Shown piece by piece: positions 11,233 through 21,298 of a DNA stretch of 64,000 nt (the first letter of the stretch is position 1; each line of letters opens with the position of its first letter). This DNA is from Perkinsela sp. CCAP 1560/9 (Eukaryota; Protista; Euglenozoa: Kinetoplastea). The stretch is taken from assembly GCA_965644495.1 (NCBI GenBank), contig CBFFSA010000008.1, positions 496,001-560,000 of the forward strand, given 5' to 3'. The translations under genes were made by a program, and so were the position numbers. Below the pieces are notes generated by a model, which was given only the letters and a program-made list of their open reading frames with translations, was not told the origin of the DNA and did not search any database.

Positions 11233-11626
11233 TCACAACACAACCTCAAGATCACGCTACAGGAAAGGAGCACAAATCTTTTTCTCGGCATTCGGTTCAA
11301 ACAATAAATTAAATAGAATATTTGCTTCCTCTAAGGTAGTATAAATTATTATTAGAGTACCGTATATTACACAGTACTACATGCATCAGTCAAGAAAGTG
11401 AACAAGTGCGGTGATTATTAAAAAAATGTCAAACGAGCAATATCAAACACAACGCCATGATACAACACTAAACTCATTAGCTAATCGCGTCGTGGAGAAC
11501 GTATGCTCTTTTGTTCCTATAATATTTTGAGACATGCTTTTCGTTGCATAACTATTGAAAATGCATAGGATAACTGCTACTTGACATGTCAGGTCATAAA
11601 CCTCATTTACTGTTCAATGTTTCACT

Positions 11627-11908
11627 CTATAAATGCAGCTTCCCCTCTCTATCCCATTGCATTGTGCTGTCGCACCCACCAACGAATTCACCCTTTAGAA
11701 ACACGGCAGGTACAGTGTCATGCTGGTAACGCTCTCGAAGCTCCTTACGGATGCCCTCACCCTCTTCACCCATCGTGTCCACGAGAATTTCGCTATACGG
11801 AAGATTCCGTCTTTTTAGAAGCTCCTTGACATCCACACAGAATGGGCAGTGCGTGAAGGAGAACACAGTCACAGGGGCGCGAGCAAAGAACGATGAGATA
11901 ACGCTCAT
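11627..11908 (-). CDS. Dithiol glutaredoxin
   Basis: CPFC active site, TVP and GGCD motifs. Confidence 0.93.
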   Translation of the reverse strand: MSVISSFFARAPVTVFSFTHCPFCVDVKELLKRRNLPYSEILVDTMGEEGEGIRKELRERYQHDTVPAVFLKGEFVGGCDSTMQWDREGKLHL

Positions 11909-12149
11909 AAATAAAAAGTATCAGATACCGGATTTAAAATAGGGGAGCATCCATGTAATGCATAACGATTTGGACTCTTCGATATTCTAGATACTATCAT
12001 TTTTTCAGAAGTAAATTTTGGAATGTCAACATAATTAAAGCAATACAATCAACGGAGAGATCAACCAAAGTATATAACCGTTTTCATCGCCAGTCATCCA
12101 GAAACCCAATACTCTCGTAGGTTGTCTAATACTGTAAAGTTCAGTGGGT

Positions 12150-13745
12150 CTATTCTATCCAACCTTCTGCGTTGAATGCTTTGCTGTCGCCCTCCGAAGC
12201 AGGATCATCGTTTTTGTCATGAGATTGATCAAGATAGGTAACTGAGCTCGCGCAACAAATAAGAATAGCGAGCGTAACCATTTCATGCTTAGAAACACTT
12301 GAGGCAAGGTACATACTCAGGCTTGCACACAGAGCTTGCATTCCTTGAACACTGCCAAAAACAATTGCAGCGGGATAAGCACTAAATGCCACGGTGCCGT
12401 AATACAGAAGGAATACGTTACAGCACGAATTCGCTGTACCAATAACGAATGACAAAATAGCGACACCGAATACGGATTGTGCGAAATGAGGAAGATAAAG
12501 CATTCCTAATGAGGCAACCGTAACGCAGAGGTTCAATAAAATCAAGTTATGACGCGACTGAGAAAGGGCTAAGGATGCGGGTGATACAATCGACGGTACA
12601 TTCGTCGGCGTAATTACGAGTTGAGGTATCGTATCTCGAAGGTTGTGTACGGCATTGATATTGCCGTTGTATTCGGAATCTGGGAGAGTATGATAACCTT
12701 TGCCCTCTTCTTTCGTAGTACGATCACACAGTAACCCTAGTATGTACGACATTACAGAATCAGCTAAACCAACGCCAGTCATAACTAGCCCTATGCGTTG
12801 CACCCCAAGAGTGGGTCCAACAACATGGCCAGGGAAAAAGCTAAACCATAAGCCTACGGAGAAGCCGCTCCATGCCGCGACTGGCAGAAACTCGGCTAAA
12901 TCGGGATGGTCAAAAATGAAACGAAACAATGACAATAGTGAAGCTAATACGGAATTCCTTTTCGGTGTCGATAGTTCGATTGTTGTGTCGGGATGGGCGC
13001 TGCGTGTCACGTTCGGCGTACCTCGCGGGGTGGACTCGCAAGAGTCACATACCGATGAACTTTTTTCCCCATTATTAGCATGAACGTGACTGCGTTCAGC
13101 CATTCGTGTCCCACTCGATGATAAGTCTGGTAAAAGCGCATAAAGCAGAAGAACTCCAAGGCAGGATAGAACACCGTACACTAGAAAAAGGGACGAGTAC
13201 AACACTTGCTCTTGTAGCAGCACTGTCGTAAGTAGATTGCCCCCCACTTGAGAGAGTTGCAATAACATGTAGAACATTCCTGCGCGGTATCCTACTCCTG
13301 ATTCATCTGCTGCAGAGGACATAAAGCTCCCTTGTGCAGTCCACAGCACTCCGGCAGCCAGCCCGAAGAGAACGCTAGTAATTAAACACAGGACAGTGTA
13401 CTGTGGTGTCTTCCAGCGCGCTACATAGTACGGTAGGAAACAGATTCCACTCCAAATCAGAGCGTATCGTGTACCACGTTGTTGTACGATCTTGGGCGCA
13501 AGAAAAAGGGCTGAAATGCTGTAAAAAGCATACAACAGGGTCAAAGAGAGTGCACCGGTGGCCCCAAACGCTGCCTCCATCACTCCTAGACTCGCGTTGT
13601 ATGCTGTGTACATGACGCATATTCCTAGAGACAACACTGTTGTAGGTCTCAGACGAGGCAAAAAGGAAGAAATGGTATCATACCTCTCGTTTTCTTCTCC
13701 TACCAGGAGAACTGTGCTCATACCATCATTGATGTTTGTGTCCAT
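12150..13745 (-). CDS. UNC-93-like MFS membrane protein
   Basis: About 12 TM helices; GLAAGVLWTAQGSFM signature. Confidence 0.85.
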   Translation of the reverse strand: MDTNINDGMSTVLLVGEENERYDTISSFLPRLRPTTVLSLGICVMYTAYNASLGVMEAAFGATGALSLTLLYAFYSISALFLAPKIVQQRGTRYALIWSGICFLPYYVARWKTPQYTVLCLITSVLFGLAAGVLWTAQGSFMSSAADESGVGYRAGMFYMLLQLSQVGGNLLTTVLLQEQVLYSSLFLVYGVLSCLGVLLLYALLPDLSSSGTRMAERSHVHANNGEKSSSVCDSCESTPRGTPNVTRSAHPDTTIELSTPKRNSVLASLLSLFRFIFDHPDLAEFLPVAAWSGFSVGLWFSFFPGHVVGPTLGVQRIGLVMTGVGLADSVMSYILGLLCDRTTKEEGKGYHTLPDSEYNGNINAVHNLRDTIPQLVITPTNVPSIVSPASLALSQSRHNLILLNLCVTVASLGMLYLPHFAQSVFGVAILSFVIGTANSCCNVFLLYYGTVAFSAYPAAIVFGSVQGMQALCASLSMYLASSVSKHEMVTLAILICCASSVTYLDQSHDKNDDPASEGDSKAFNAEGWIE

Positions 13746-14285
13746 GGAAGACCGGAATGCCGCGGCCAGTGTGTCACAGGTTGGAAAGCACGTAGCGACA
13801 TGTACCTACCTCATGTTGTAATCATACTGTTGTTCTATTATCATTCACCAAGTTTATTGCATAGTGGTGTCGTAGTCATAATTTATTACTTTGTAGTTGT
13901 TTTAAAGTAGAACAACATTTTTCTTTGATACAATATAATGAAAACAAGCAAGAAAAGAAAAATAGAACACAAACGTTCGTTTTTTAAACATTCTAGTACA
14001 GTTTGCCTTGTTTATTTTGCGTCCCTCTTGCCAGCTCAAAATACGAAGTACATACGTAGTATTCCGAAAATATGTAATACATACGTATTTCAGTAAGCTC
14101 TCTTGGCTTCTTTCGTCCCTTCAATCCAGATGGATCAGCTAAGGGTCAGGATTGATGCCCTACATCAAACCACATGTCAGATGAATTCGGCATTCAATCC
14201 GGTTTATTAGGGTAAAAGGCTTGCTGTATTCATGCGCTTTCCCTAACATTTGTTTTTAATAGAAAAGAACCGAGATCCTACAGAT

Positions 14286-15125
14286 TTATTCGCTATCATA
14301 AGCGGCACATAGTGCGTTGCTTGCAACAAGTTGATTCGATGACGAGAGCTGCTTCCGTTTCGCATCAAATGTCCGGTCGCGGGTGAAGATTGAAGAACCA
14401 AAAAAGGTTAGCCTTTCGGTACGGTTTTCGCTTCTAATTTCGCCTTGCGCTTTTAGATTCCGAAAGAACTTTAGTGCTTCCTCGTCATCTGATGATACGT
14501 CGCAAGGTAATTCTACATCTTGCAAGGAGGGCGATTTAATCCCCGATTTTTTAATGTTCTCGTTTCTTGATCCTGAAAGTAATTTCTTAGCTCTCTCTTC
14601 TCTTTCATTCATGTTCCATCGAAGTTCATACAAGCTATCGGTTTCTTCTTGAATTTTCCTTGCCTTTTCTATCCTCTGCTCAGCGGACTCCTGAGTCGAA
14701 GCTTGAATAATTGTTTCCCTTTGCGCATCGCCAAGCTGCCTAACGGCTTCCATGCGGTCCTTCCAAGGTGCACTAATATTCGTAGCCCCAGATTCAACTA
14801 CATAACCACGAGATTGTGGGTCAGTTCCCAGTTTAATTATCTCACGGCAGTTGGGACACTTAAAGCTCAGCCGATATAATGCTACTCCTAAGTATTTCTC
14901 CCCAGTAGCCTCGACATGTGCGTTCACTTTGGTCATTCGTGCGATAAAATGTGAACATGACACGCATTGTAAAGCCAATTCCACCATGTGAGTCACCTTT
15001 CTTCGCGCGGTTTTCGTTGTTTCTTGCGTTTCCGTGGCATCTTGCGTTCCTTGTAGGGTTTGAAATACGTCAAAATCCGGAGCATGGTAGTATCCCCCCG
15101 AAAAAGTGGAGTTAATCTTTCCCAT
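14286..15125 (-). CDS. YJU2: Splicing factor YJU2/CWC16 (CCDC94 family)
   Basis: YYHAPDFD, CVSC and CPNC zinc pairs, TDP, YVVESGAT; first ATG at 15125. Confidence 0.8.
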   Translation of the reverse strand: MGKINSTFSGGYYHAPDFDVFQTLQGTQDATETQETTKTARRKVTHMVELALQCVSCSHFIARMTKVNAHVEATGEKYLGVALYRLSFKCPNCREIIKLGTDPQSRGYVVESGATNISAPWKDRMEAVRQLGDAQRETIIQASTQESAEQRIEKARKIQEETDSLYELRWNMNEREERAKKLLSGSRNENIKKSGIKSPSLQDVELPCDVSSDDEEALKFFRNLKAQGEIRSENRTERLTFFGSSIFTRDRTFDAKRKQLSSSNQLVASNALCAAYDSE

Positions 15126-15460
15126 CTGAGCAGAACAGTTTGCCAAGAAAAAAATATTGGAATTTATGAATTCATTACACAAGATTGGTTGCACAAGAAC
15201 GGGTACAGTATCTTAAAAGTTCTATTACTCTGCCGTATTATTATACAAGAAACATTTCACAAGAGAATTGCTAAAAGGGCAAGATCAGTGTAGCTAAATG
15301 ATAGCGTCATAGAGTGTAAAAAAAGAATATCAAACGTAAATTAACGGCACACTTCAATGGCTATTTCATGTTGTTTGTGTGCAGAAAGTGCAAGACATGT
15401 ACATATTAGGCAAGCAGAAAACATAAAACATATTCTAGTTTTCCATAAATTCTGAAAACA

Positions 15461-16630
15461 CTATTGACTAGAGCTCACTAATGCACGAAATCTCGAGAAA
15501 AGCAATCTCGACGTAGAAGTATTCGGGCACGATCTGTCGACAGATGCTCGCATTGCCGGACAGTATGTAATCGAGCTCAAATCCCCTAGCATTTGGCTGA
15601 TTGTAGATTCAGTCTTCGGCAAACTTGGCCGTTTTGTTCGTGCACAATATTTCCGCAGATAATTGGCAGGATAAACGTAATCCATGAACTTGTCAAGGGT
15701 CGAAGCGTATTTGTCGATGGAATCATTCTCAAAAAGCGCGTCCGAGGGTTGCAACTTGACCGTTGTCCAATTTTCATCGTGAAAACGAGAAAACTTAGAT
15801 AGCAGGGCTTCTTTCATGATGTGTTTGGCAGCAAGAGGAATATTTAACCGAGGATCTGTGTGTATCTTCTCAAAATTACATGCCTCGATAAGACCAGAGA
15901 GTGCTTTCCCATAACCTTCTGAGATGGAGTCAGGAATCCAAGTGTCGTCTCCGAGAAATAGAAACTTTCCAGACTCAAAAGCTTTTTTATACGTGCCGCT
16001 GAGGCCTCGTTCATAGGATGGGAGTGGGGCAGCCAAAAGGCACTTGTAGCTTAGGGTGAGATGCAGATGATCCTCACTCGTCATCACATGCTGTTCGTCG
16101 GGGTGACCCTTGAATTCTCCGAGCCCGATAGTAATGTGTACACAATGTCAAACGTAGGACATACATTTTTCCCCCATAGGAACTCTCTCCATGCTCAAAA
16201 TTGGGGATGATCTCGCCACAGACACAGGATATTTTTCCATCGTATCAAGATTATAAATTTAGATGTCGCCCAAAACGAACATACTGCTTAGTCTGGACCA
16301 CTTTGCACTAGGACTCTCGCATAAAGTATGTTCGAAGTAGGAAGCCAGCGCGCTCGTCACACAAGCGGTGGGGTACTTTGCGTAAAGAGTGTAAGAAAGC
16401 CGAAGGGTGCTAGGGCTCATAGGTGAATTGGTCCTCGTATCTTCGTTCTTCCGAGAGTCGCTCAAACAGATACCGTTTTCGTCAGATTTCCGAAAAGTAT
16501 AATCTTCTACAACTTGAGGAGGTTCTATTTCTACATTGGCATGTGCTGATAAAATTCCGAGCATGTGATTTATCACACAGATGTCGACAGATTTATTTAT
16601 ATTACTGTTCCCCCACCACTTATTTGTCAC
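15461..16630 (-). pseudogene. Probable single disrupted gene of unknown family (ORFs 16259-16630 and 15461-16087)
   Basis: Frame stays open after the TAA at 16259-16261 (IYNLDTMEKYPV...) and overlaps the open frame leading into 16087, consistent with one stop plus one frameshift. Confidence 0.45.
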
Positions 16631-16740
16631 CCCTTTTTCGAAAAAAGGACAAATAAGTAAGGGGGGTAGAGCTATGACAATTACGTGGGGGGATTACAGT
16701 TCGTGCATACTTCAAAAATATCTGCTTACGAATGTTCTTA

Positions 16741-16813
16741 GGTCAGCGTTAGTACCATCAGTAAGATAGCAGTGCCAGGGAAGACCACGAGGAAGTCCCG
16801 ACCTTACTTCCCC
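16741..16813 (-). ncRNA. HDV-like self-cleaving ribozyme, copy A (73 nt)
   Basis: GGGGAAG-UAA-GGUCGGG-ACU-UCCUCGU-GGU-CUUCCCU-GG-CAC-UGCUAUC-UUACU-GAUGGUA-CUAA-CGCUGACC gives P1 (7 bp, G-U first pair), P2, P3, L3, P1.1, P4 and a J4/2 catalytic C in HDV order. Confidence 0.88.
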
Positions 16814-16910
16814 ATTTTGGGTTGCGCCCAGAAGCAAGCCCACTTTAATTTTGCAATAGTCAAAACTTTGCGATAGAGAAAAAAGGTTATGGTATTAGTA
16901 TCATACATGA

Positions 16911-17021
16911 AGCGAGTACAGTACTCGTGTACTCACCCGAGTTGTATAGCGAGTAATTACTCGGAGTACCGTACTCGCCGTACTCGCTTCCAGCAGGTAT
17001 TTACTCGCTATACAAGTGAGT
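16911..17021. repeat. Foldback/palindromic repeat rich in GAGTA/TACTC
   Basis: TTGTATAGCGAGTAA ... TTACTCGCTATACAA inverted arms around GTACTCG repeats. Confidence 0.6.
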
Positions 17022-17201
17022 TTGGAACAAGTGACGTTATGTTACGAATTTTCTGGTCGAGCAATTGCTGGTCGAGGAGGATGTGAGATGTGATAAAGGA
17101 TGGAATGCGGGGTGTAAATGCGTTTGCAGTACAATCTTGTCGTCGCAATCTTGTTACTAATTACAGTAAAGTATTGTTGACTAATTTGACTCAGACGAGA
17201 T

Positions 17202-17314
17202 GTAGTGCCTCCTTATTCATTTCCGAAGTAGTGTAACAAGAAACTAAATAGAAATTAAAGCATACGGTAAAAAAATACGTAGTGCCTTCTTATTCATTTC
17301 CGAAACGGTGTAAC
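17202..17314. repeat. Two-copy ~36-bp direct repeat, period 77
   Basis: GTAGTGCCTYCTTATTCATTTCCGAAnnnGTGTAAC at 17202 and 17279. Confidence 0.8.
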
Positions 17315-17316
17315 TA

Positions 17317-17450
17317 AACCGGGGGACGGAATAATATTAAGTTGTTGAAACTTAATAATAACTTGACAACTTAATAGCCTGTCAAACTTAATAATAACTT
17401 GTCAACGTTTTGAAACTTAATATTAACTCGTCGGCGGGTTATTATTAGGT
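17317..17450 (-). mobile_element. Solo right end of the pogo-like element found at 53307-55559
   Basis: TA-AACCGGGGGACGGAATAATATTAAGTTGTTGAAAC... matches the reverse complement of 55441-55559. Confidence 0.88.
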
Positions 17451-17691
17451 TTTTGATGACTTTTAAGGTGACGTTTATCATTGGAGGGTGTGTAGGCCGT
17501 AGCTGGAGGTTGCTAGCAGTCGCTTGCAGTAACTGGTAATCAATGAGAGCCTCTGGTTGCCACTGGAGGTCAGAATGACTAGAAAACGACTAGAAGTCGC
17601 ACTGGAAAGTCGCTTCTTTCACTCTACCGTCCCTAGCATCGCATTAGCAAAATTACTTATGCATTAACGGTTAAGCATTTTGCTTCATAGC

Positions 17692-17763
17692 ACTACATAT
17701 GAATGGCCTACATATGAATGGACTACTTATGAATGGCCCCCGCAGTCCCCTGACTTAAATCCA
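17692..17763 (+). mobile_element. Tc1 transposase remnant with a short tandem triplication
   Basis: CTACWTATGAATGG x3 running into codons for EWPPQSPDLNP. Confidence 0.6.
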
Positions 17764-18340
17764 AGTCGGGATAATATCCACTGACTACACCTCCCTTAAG
17801 TAACGCTTGAAGACAACGGGAAATATGGCATCTGTATGTGTATGTAGATGACGTAGCTGAGTGTGAGTCGTCCGTAATGCCAATGCAATTGAGGAAAACT
17901 TGGTTGAATATATAGTTCGTACAGAATCAGGATCAGAAAGATTGCATCTATCATTTTCAGATCCCGGCTCAATCAACAAAGCAATCGAGCACACGTCAAA
18001 ATTAGTAGCTAAACAGGTCGAAAAGGTTCGGTTCTCAGGATTCATAAAATTTTTATGATAATATTACAAATAATTTACTACATCGGTCAAAAGCCTTAGA
18101 ACACACCTGCGCTATTCGCCTTTGGTTAGTAAGTGTATACACCTAAAGATCCCTTGTACACTAAATACCAGACTTCTCATGTACTTTCTTACAACACCAA
18201 GGAATACAAGTCATGAAAGAACACCAATGAGAATTACAATTTTATTTCCCAATAAATTTTCTATCGTTTTGTAATGGAGCTTTCCTTCCAAGCCCAGCAC
18301 CGTAGCGGCATCTTTTGGAATTCGCTCACCAGCACCTCCG

Positions 18341-19240
18341 CTATTCCAAAAGCAGCAGCTTCTCCACCAAAGTAAGCAGCACTTTCAACGCCTTCAACAC
18401 ATACTGCGTCCCCGCAGAATCCTGTGTGGACTGGAGCAACAATTCCTTCACTTTTGCCGTAGGAAACCGACTCAGCAACGACATCGCTTGTCGCACCCCC
18501 AGCAACGTCTCCGAGGACACCTGCGTACCCCCCGCATCCTCTCCACTCCCCCGTCGTAACTCCCCCATCAGCTGCTCCACCTCCGCTACCGCCGCACTTA
18601 CCGCATCCCCTCCCCTCCCCTTCTCCCCCACCCCCACCGTCCGCGCCATCTCCGGAAACAACCCCCCCACCACCTCCTGCAGCACCACCCCCTGGGTGCG
18701 GTTACACGGACGTATCGTGTACCCGACGTGGCGGTACACCCGCGCCACCCTCCTCCCCTCCCCCTCCCCCCCGAGCACCGCACTCACCGCGGCCAGCACC
18801 CGCAGCCGCACCCCCCCGCCCCCCAGCCCCCCGTCCACGACCACCCGGGCGTACAGCGGGGTGTTACGCAGCCCGAGGGTGTGGTCGATCACGGGGTCCG
18901 CGGCGGGGCTCAGCCCGGTGGCGTACCACCCGACGAGCGGCGGGAGGGCGACCGTGCGCCCGAGACGCTGCAGCGCCTCCCAGGGCTGGACCTGGAGCGT
19001 GAGGGTGGCGCCGGTGTGCTCGGTGTGGGGGAGGGGGAGGGAGCGGCGGAGCTCGAGGGTGTCGTGGCGCAGGACCCCGTAGAGGGCGCCGACGGCCCGG
19101 GGCTGGTGGGGGGCGCGACGGGCGTGGTGGTCCAGGATGGAGAGGACGACGGAGGGGTCGAGCTCGACGGCGCGGAGGGGGGAGAAGAGGGAGGGGGGGG
19201 AGGGGGAGGGGGGGAGAGGGGGGGTCTCGGAGGAGGTCAT
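18341..19240 (-). CDS. EIF3F: Translation initiation factor eIF3 subunit F (MPN domain)
   Basis: PSVVLSILDHHARR, RAVGALYG, LPHTE, LVGWYATG, C-terminal LQSTQD helix. Confidence 0.85.
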   Translation of the reverse strand: MTSSETPPLPPSPSPPSLFSPLRAVELDPSVVLSILDHHARRAPHQPRAVGALYGVLRHDTLELRRSLPLPHTEHTGATLTLQVQPWEALQRLGRTVALPPLVGWYATGLSPAADPVIDHTLGLRNTPLYARVVVDGGLGGGGVRLRVLAAVSAVLGGEGEGRRVARVYRHVGYTIRPCNRTQGVVLQEVVGGLFPEMARTVGVGEKGRGGDAVSAAVAEVEQLMGELRRGSGEDAGGTQVSSETLLGVRQAMSLLSRFPTAKVKELLLQSTQDSAGTQYVLKALKVLLTLVEKLLLLE

Positions 19241-19717
19241 GGGAGAGTAGAGGGGGGGAAGGGGTGAAGGGAATAGGGAAATGTGAAAGGGGGATTGATG
19301 AAGAGAATGAGGCGTGTGGGATGTGAGGGGTGGTCTTGTAGGGGGGTAATTGAATTATTGAATAAAAAAATTGAATAAAAAGGTGAAAAAAAGAAAGTGT
19401 AGAGGATAGGCATATTTCGGTATCAGGTGAATAAGAGGGAAAAATGGTTCCTTGTGCGTCCTTGCTCTCTTGTGCTGAATGAAAATTGCTGATGAAGCAT
19501 TTGAAAAGTAACTATTACTAATCTGTAGAATATACAAGAATGATATGCTTTGCACACCACTGTAACGCAAAACAAATCAGCTCATTATAAAAGCAAAAGA
19601 TGAGGACAACTACGGCGAAATTTATGTTCTAAGAAAATACACTCACTAAAGTAGTATCTCATAGTACGTACTAAAATACTAGTTAGACTAATTTAGTTGA
19701 TGTGGTTAGTAACTGAC

Positions 19718-20095
19718 CTAGTCAAGTTCGGAAGAAAACGCTTTCTTCCTTGCAGAAGTGTGCACTCCGGATGTAGTGCTGGTAAAATTTGAAATTATTT
19801 TCAGTAAGGCGGTGTAAATAACTACCACCAGTGCGCATGTTGCTATTGGGATGATGAGTGCCTGGAGATTTCCTAGCAAAGTTCCAGCCGGGCCGGACCA
19901 GAAGGCAATGAGACTATACGCAAAGAAGCAACCTGCGAGAAACCCGTGAAAGTTATGGTACAAATAGCTAGAAAGGGATGGATGACCTGCCAGCAGGACA
20001 TATTGAAGAAGCATATTAACAATATTAAAGTTGCCTAAACCATCACTTTTCATAGCGTAGTGCTCCCAAACAACGCTTTTTTTAAAACTTGTCAC
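19718..20095 (-). CDS. Small hypothetical membrane protein
   Basis: Hydrophobic segments on the array strand; start uncertain (first ATG 20053). Confidence 0.45.
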   Translation of the reverse strand: MTSFKKSVVWEHYAMKSDGLGNFNIVNMLLQYVLLAGHPSLSSYLYHNFHGFLAGCFFAYSLIAFWSGPAGTLLGNLQALIIPIATCALVVVIYTALLKIISNFTSTTSGVHTSARKKAFSSELD

Positions 20096-20167
20096 TTACT
20101 TATAGACGAAATTAAGTTCATGTTATCTATTTTCTAATCTTTTCGAATCGAGATCCATGGCACAAGA

Positions 20168-21019
20168 CTAGGCAAAAGGAATCCACGTCTTTGCCCTATT
20201 CTTCACGGGCTGCAAATGTGTGGATAAGTTTGTGTGAGCCAGAGAGCTCCATAAAACGTCCTCTTCACACCCGTGAGTCATCTCGTCCCGGACGTAGCTA
20301 AACCACTTGCGGGCGGCGGGATGGTCCCCCAGCAGAAGGTGTGCAATGGCCAGGCGTGTCACATTTTCCATATTTTCCGGATCCAGTTCCTTTGCCAATG
20401 TGTGGTATCGCACGGCATTTTTTAGCATCTCGTTCTGAGGAGGAAGTCGATACACTACACGTTGTAGGAGCCCGTAAGGTGTGTACCACGGACGGGCTGT
20501 GCGTGAGTCCATGGCACCAAGTGCCATCGCAACATCAGAGGTGGGATGTTGAGCCAAGACCCGGTCCCCCACATCATGAATACGTCTCCAGTTATGTATC
20601 AAACTTATTTCTTTGAGCTCAGGGAAGTAGAACTGCTGATCCGCAGCTTTCACGGCACACAATGTGAAGTATCTAGCACACTGCCACGCCAGGGGGTCTT
20701 TCTGAAGGCAACGATGGGTGACTTCAAGGGCGTTGTGAAGAACGTCCAGGCGGTCAATCCAGTGCACACGCATGTGAGGACTCATCACTCGTTCGTACTC
20801 ACATGCGGTTTGGCCGAGTAAAGCCATGAGTTCCGTGTCCTCCGGGTTCTCCGAGAGCTGTTTTTTCGCATAACGATACGCCTCTGAGTGCAGTCCCACA
20901 TGAAGCAGTTTGTCTCTGGTCTGGAAGATGGTGTCTTTGCGATCATCGGTCGATTCCAGATGTTTTTCAATTCCGGGTTTCGATTTTTCGGTCTCATTTT
21001 TCGAGAAATGGTTCCCCAT
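20168..21019 (-). CDS. TPR-like helical protein (RMDN-like), possibly N-myristoylated
   Basis: MGNHFS start; TPR-like turns ENPEDTE, KDPLAW, LDPENME. Confidence 0.65.
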   Translation of the reverse strand: MGNHFSKNETEKSKPGIEKHLESTDDRKDTIFQTRDKLLHVGLHSEAYRYAKKQLSENPEDTELMALLGQTACEYERVMSPHMRVHWIDRLDVLHNALEVTHRCLQKDPLAWQCARYFTLCAVKAADQQFYFPELKEISLIHNWRRIHDVGDRVLAQHPTSDVAMALGAMDSRTARPWYTPYGLLQRVVYRLPPQNEMLKNAVRYHTLAKELDPENMENVTRLAIAHLLLGDHPAARKWFSYVRDEMTHGCEEDVLWSSLAHTNLSTHLQPVKNRAKTWIPFA

Positions 21020-21298
21020 AGCACCAACAGGCCTTGTATTGTATAGTATAGAAAATAGCGTGTTATATAGTATGCGCCGTAGTTACTAACAGTTTTCTTT
21101 CCTAAGCGACGGACGCCCTAAAGGATACCATCGATGAGTAAGCTATGACTAATGTACTTCTTGCTCACCTTGGTCTGCAAATTCACTGTAATAAATATCA
21201 CTGTAATAAAATACAATACAATAAATATGTGGAAGAAAAAAATGTTACTTAGGAATTTGTGTGTGAATAGGTTCATAGTGTCACTACCTTTGTCTGTA

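Noticed and set aside
14212-14220. GCCTTTTAC (U5 snRNA loop I) on the minus strand
   Set aside because: Flanks do not close a stem around the loop and no Sm site is evident
16772-16780. GTGCCAGGG match to the ingi/L1Tc 77-79 bp signature on the plus strand
   Set aside because: No upstream CCCTGGC partner on that strand; the ribozyme fold is on the minus strand
19489-19506. CTGATGA...GAAA hammerhead-like core
   Set aside because: No credible stems I and III, and at most 2 bp for stem II
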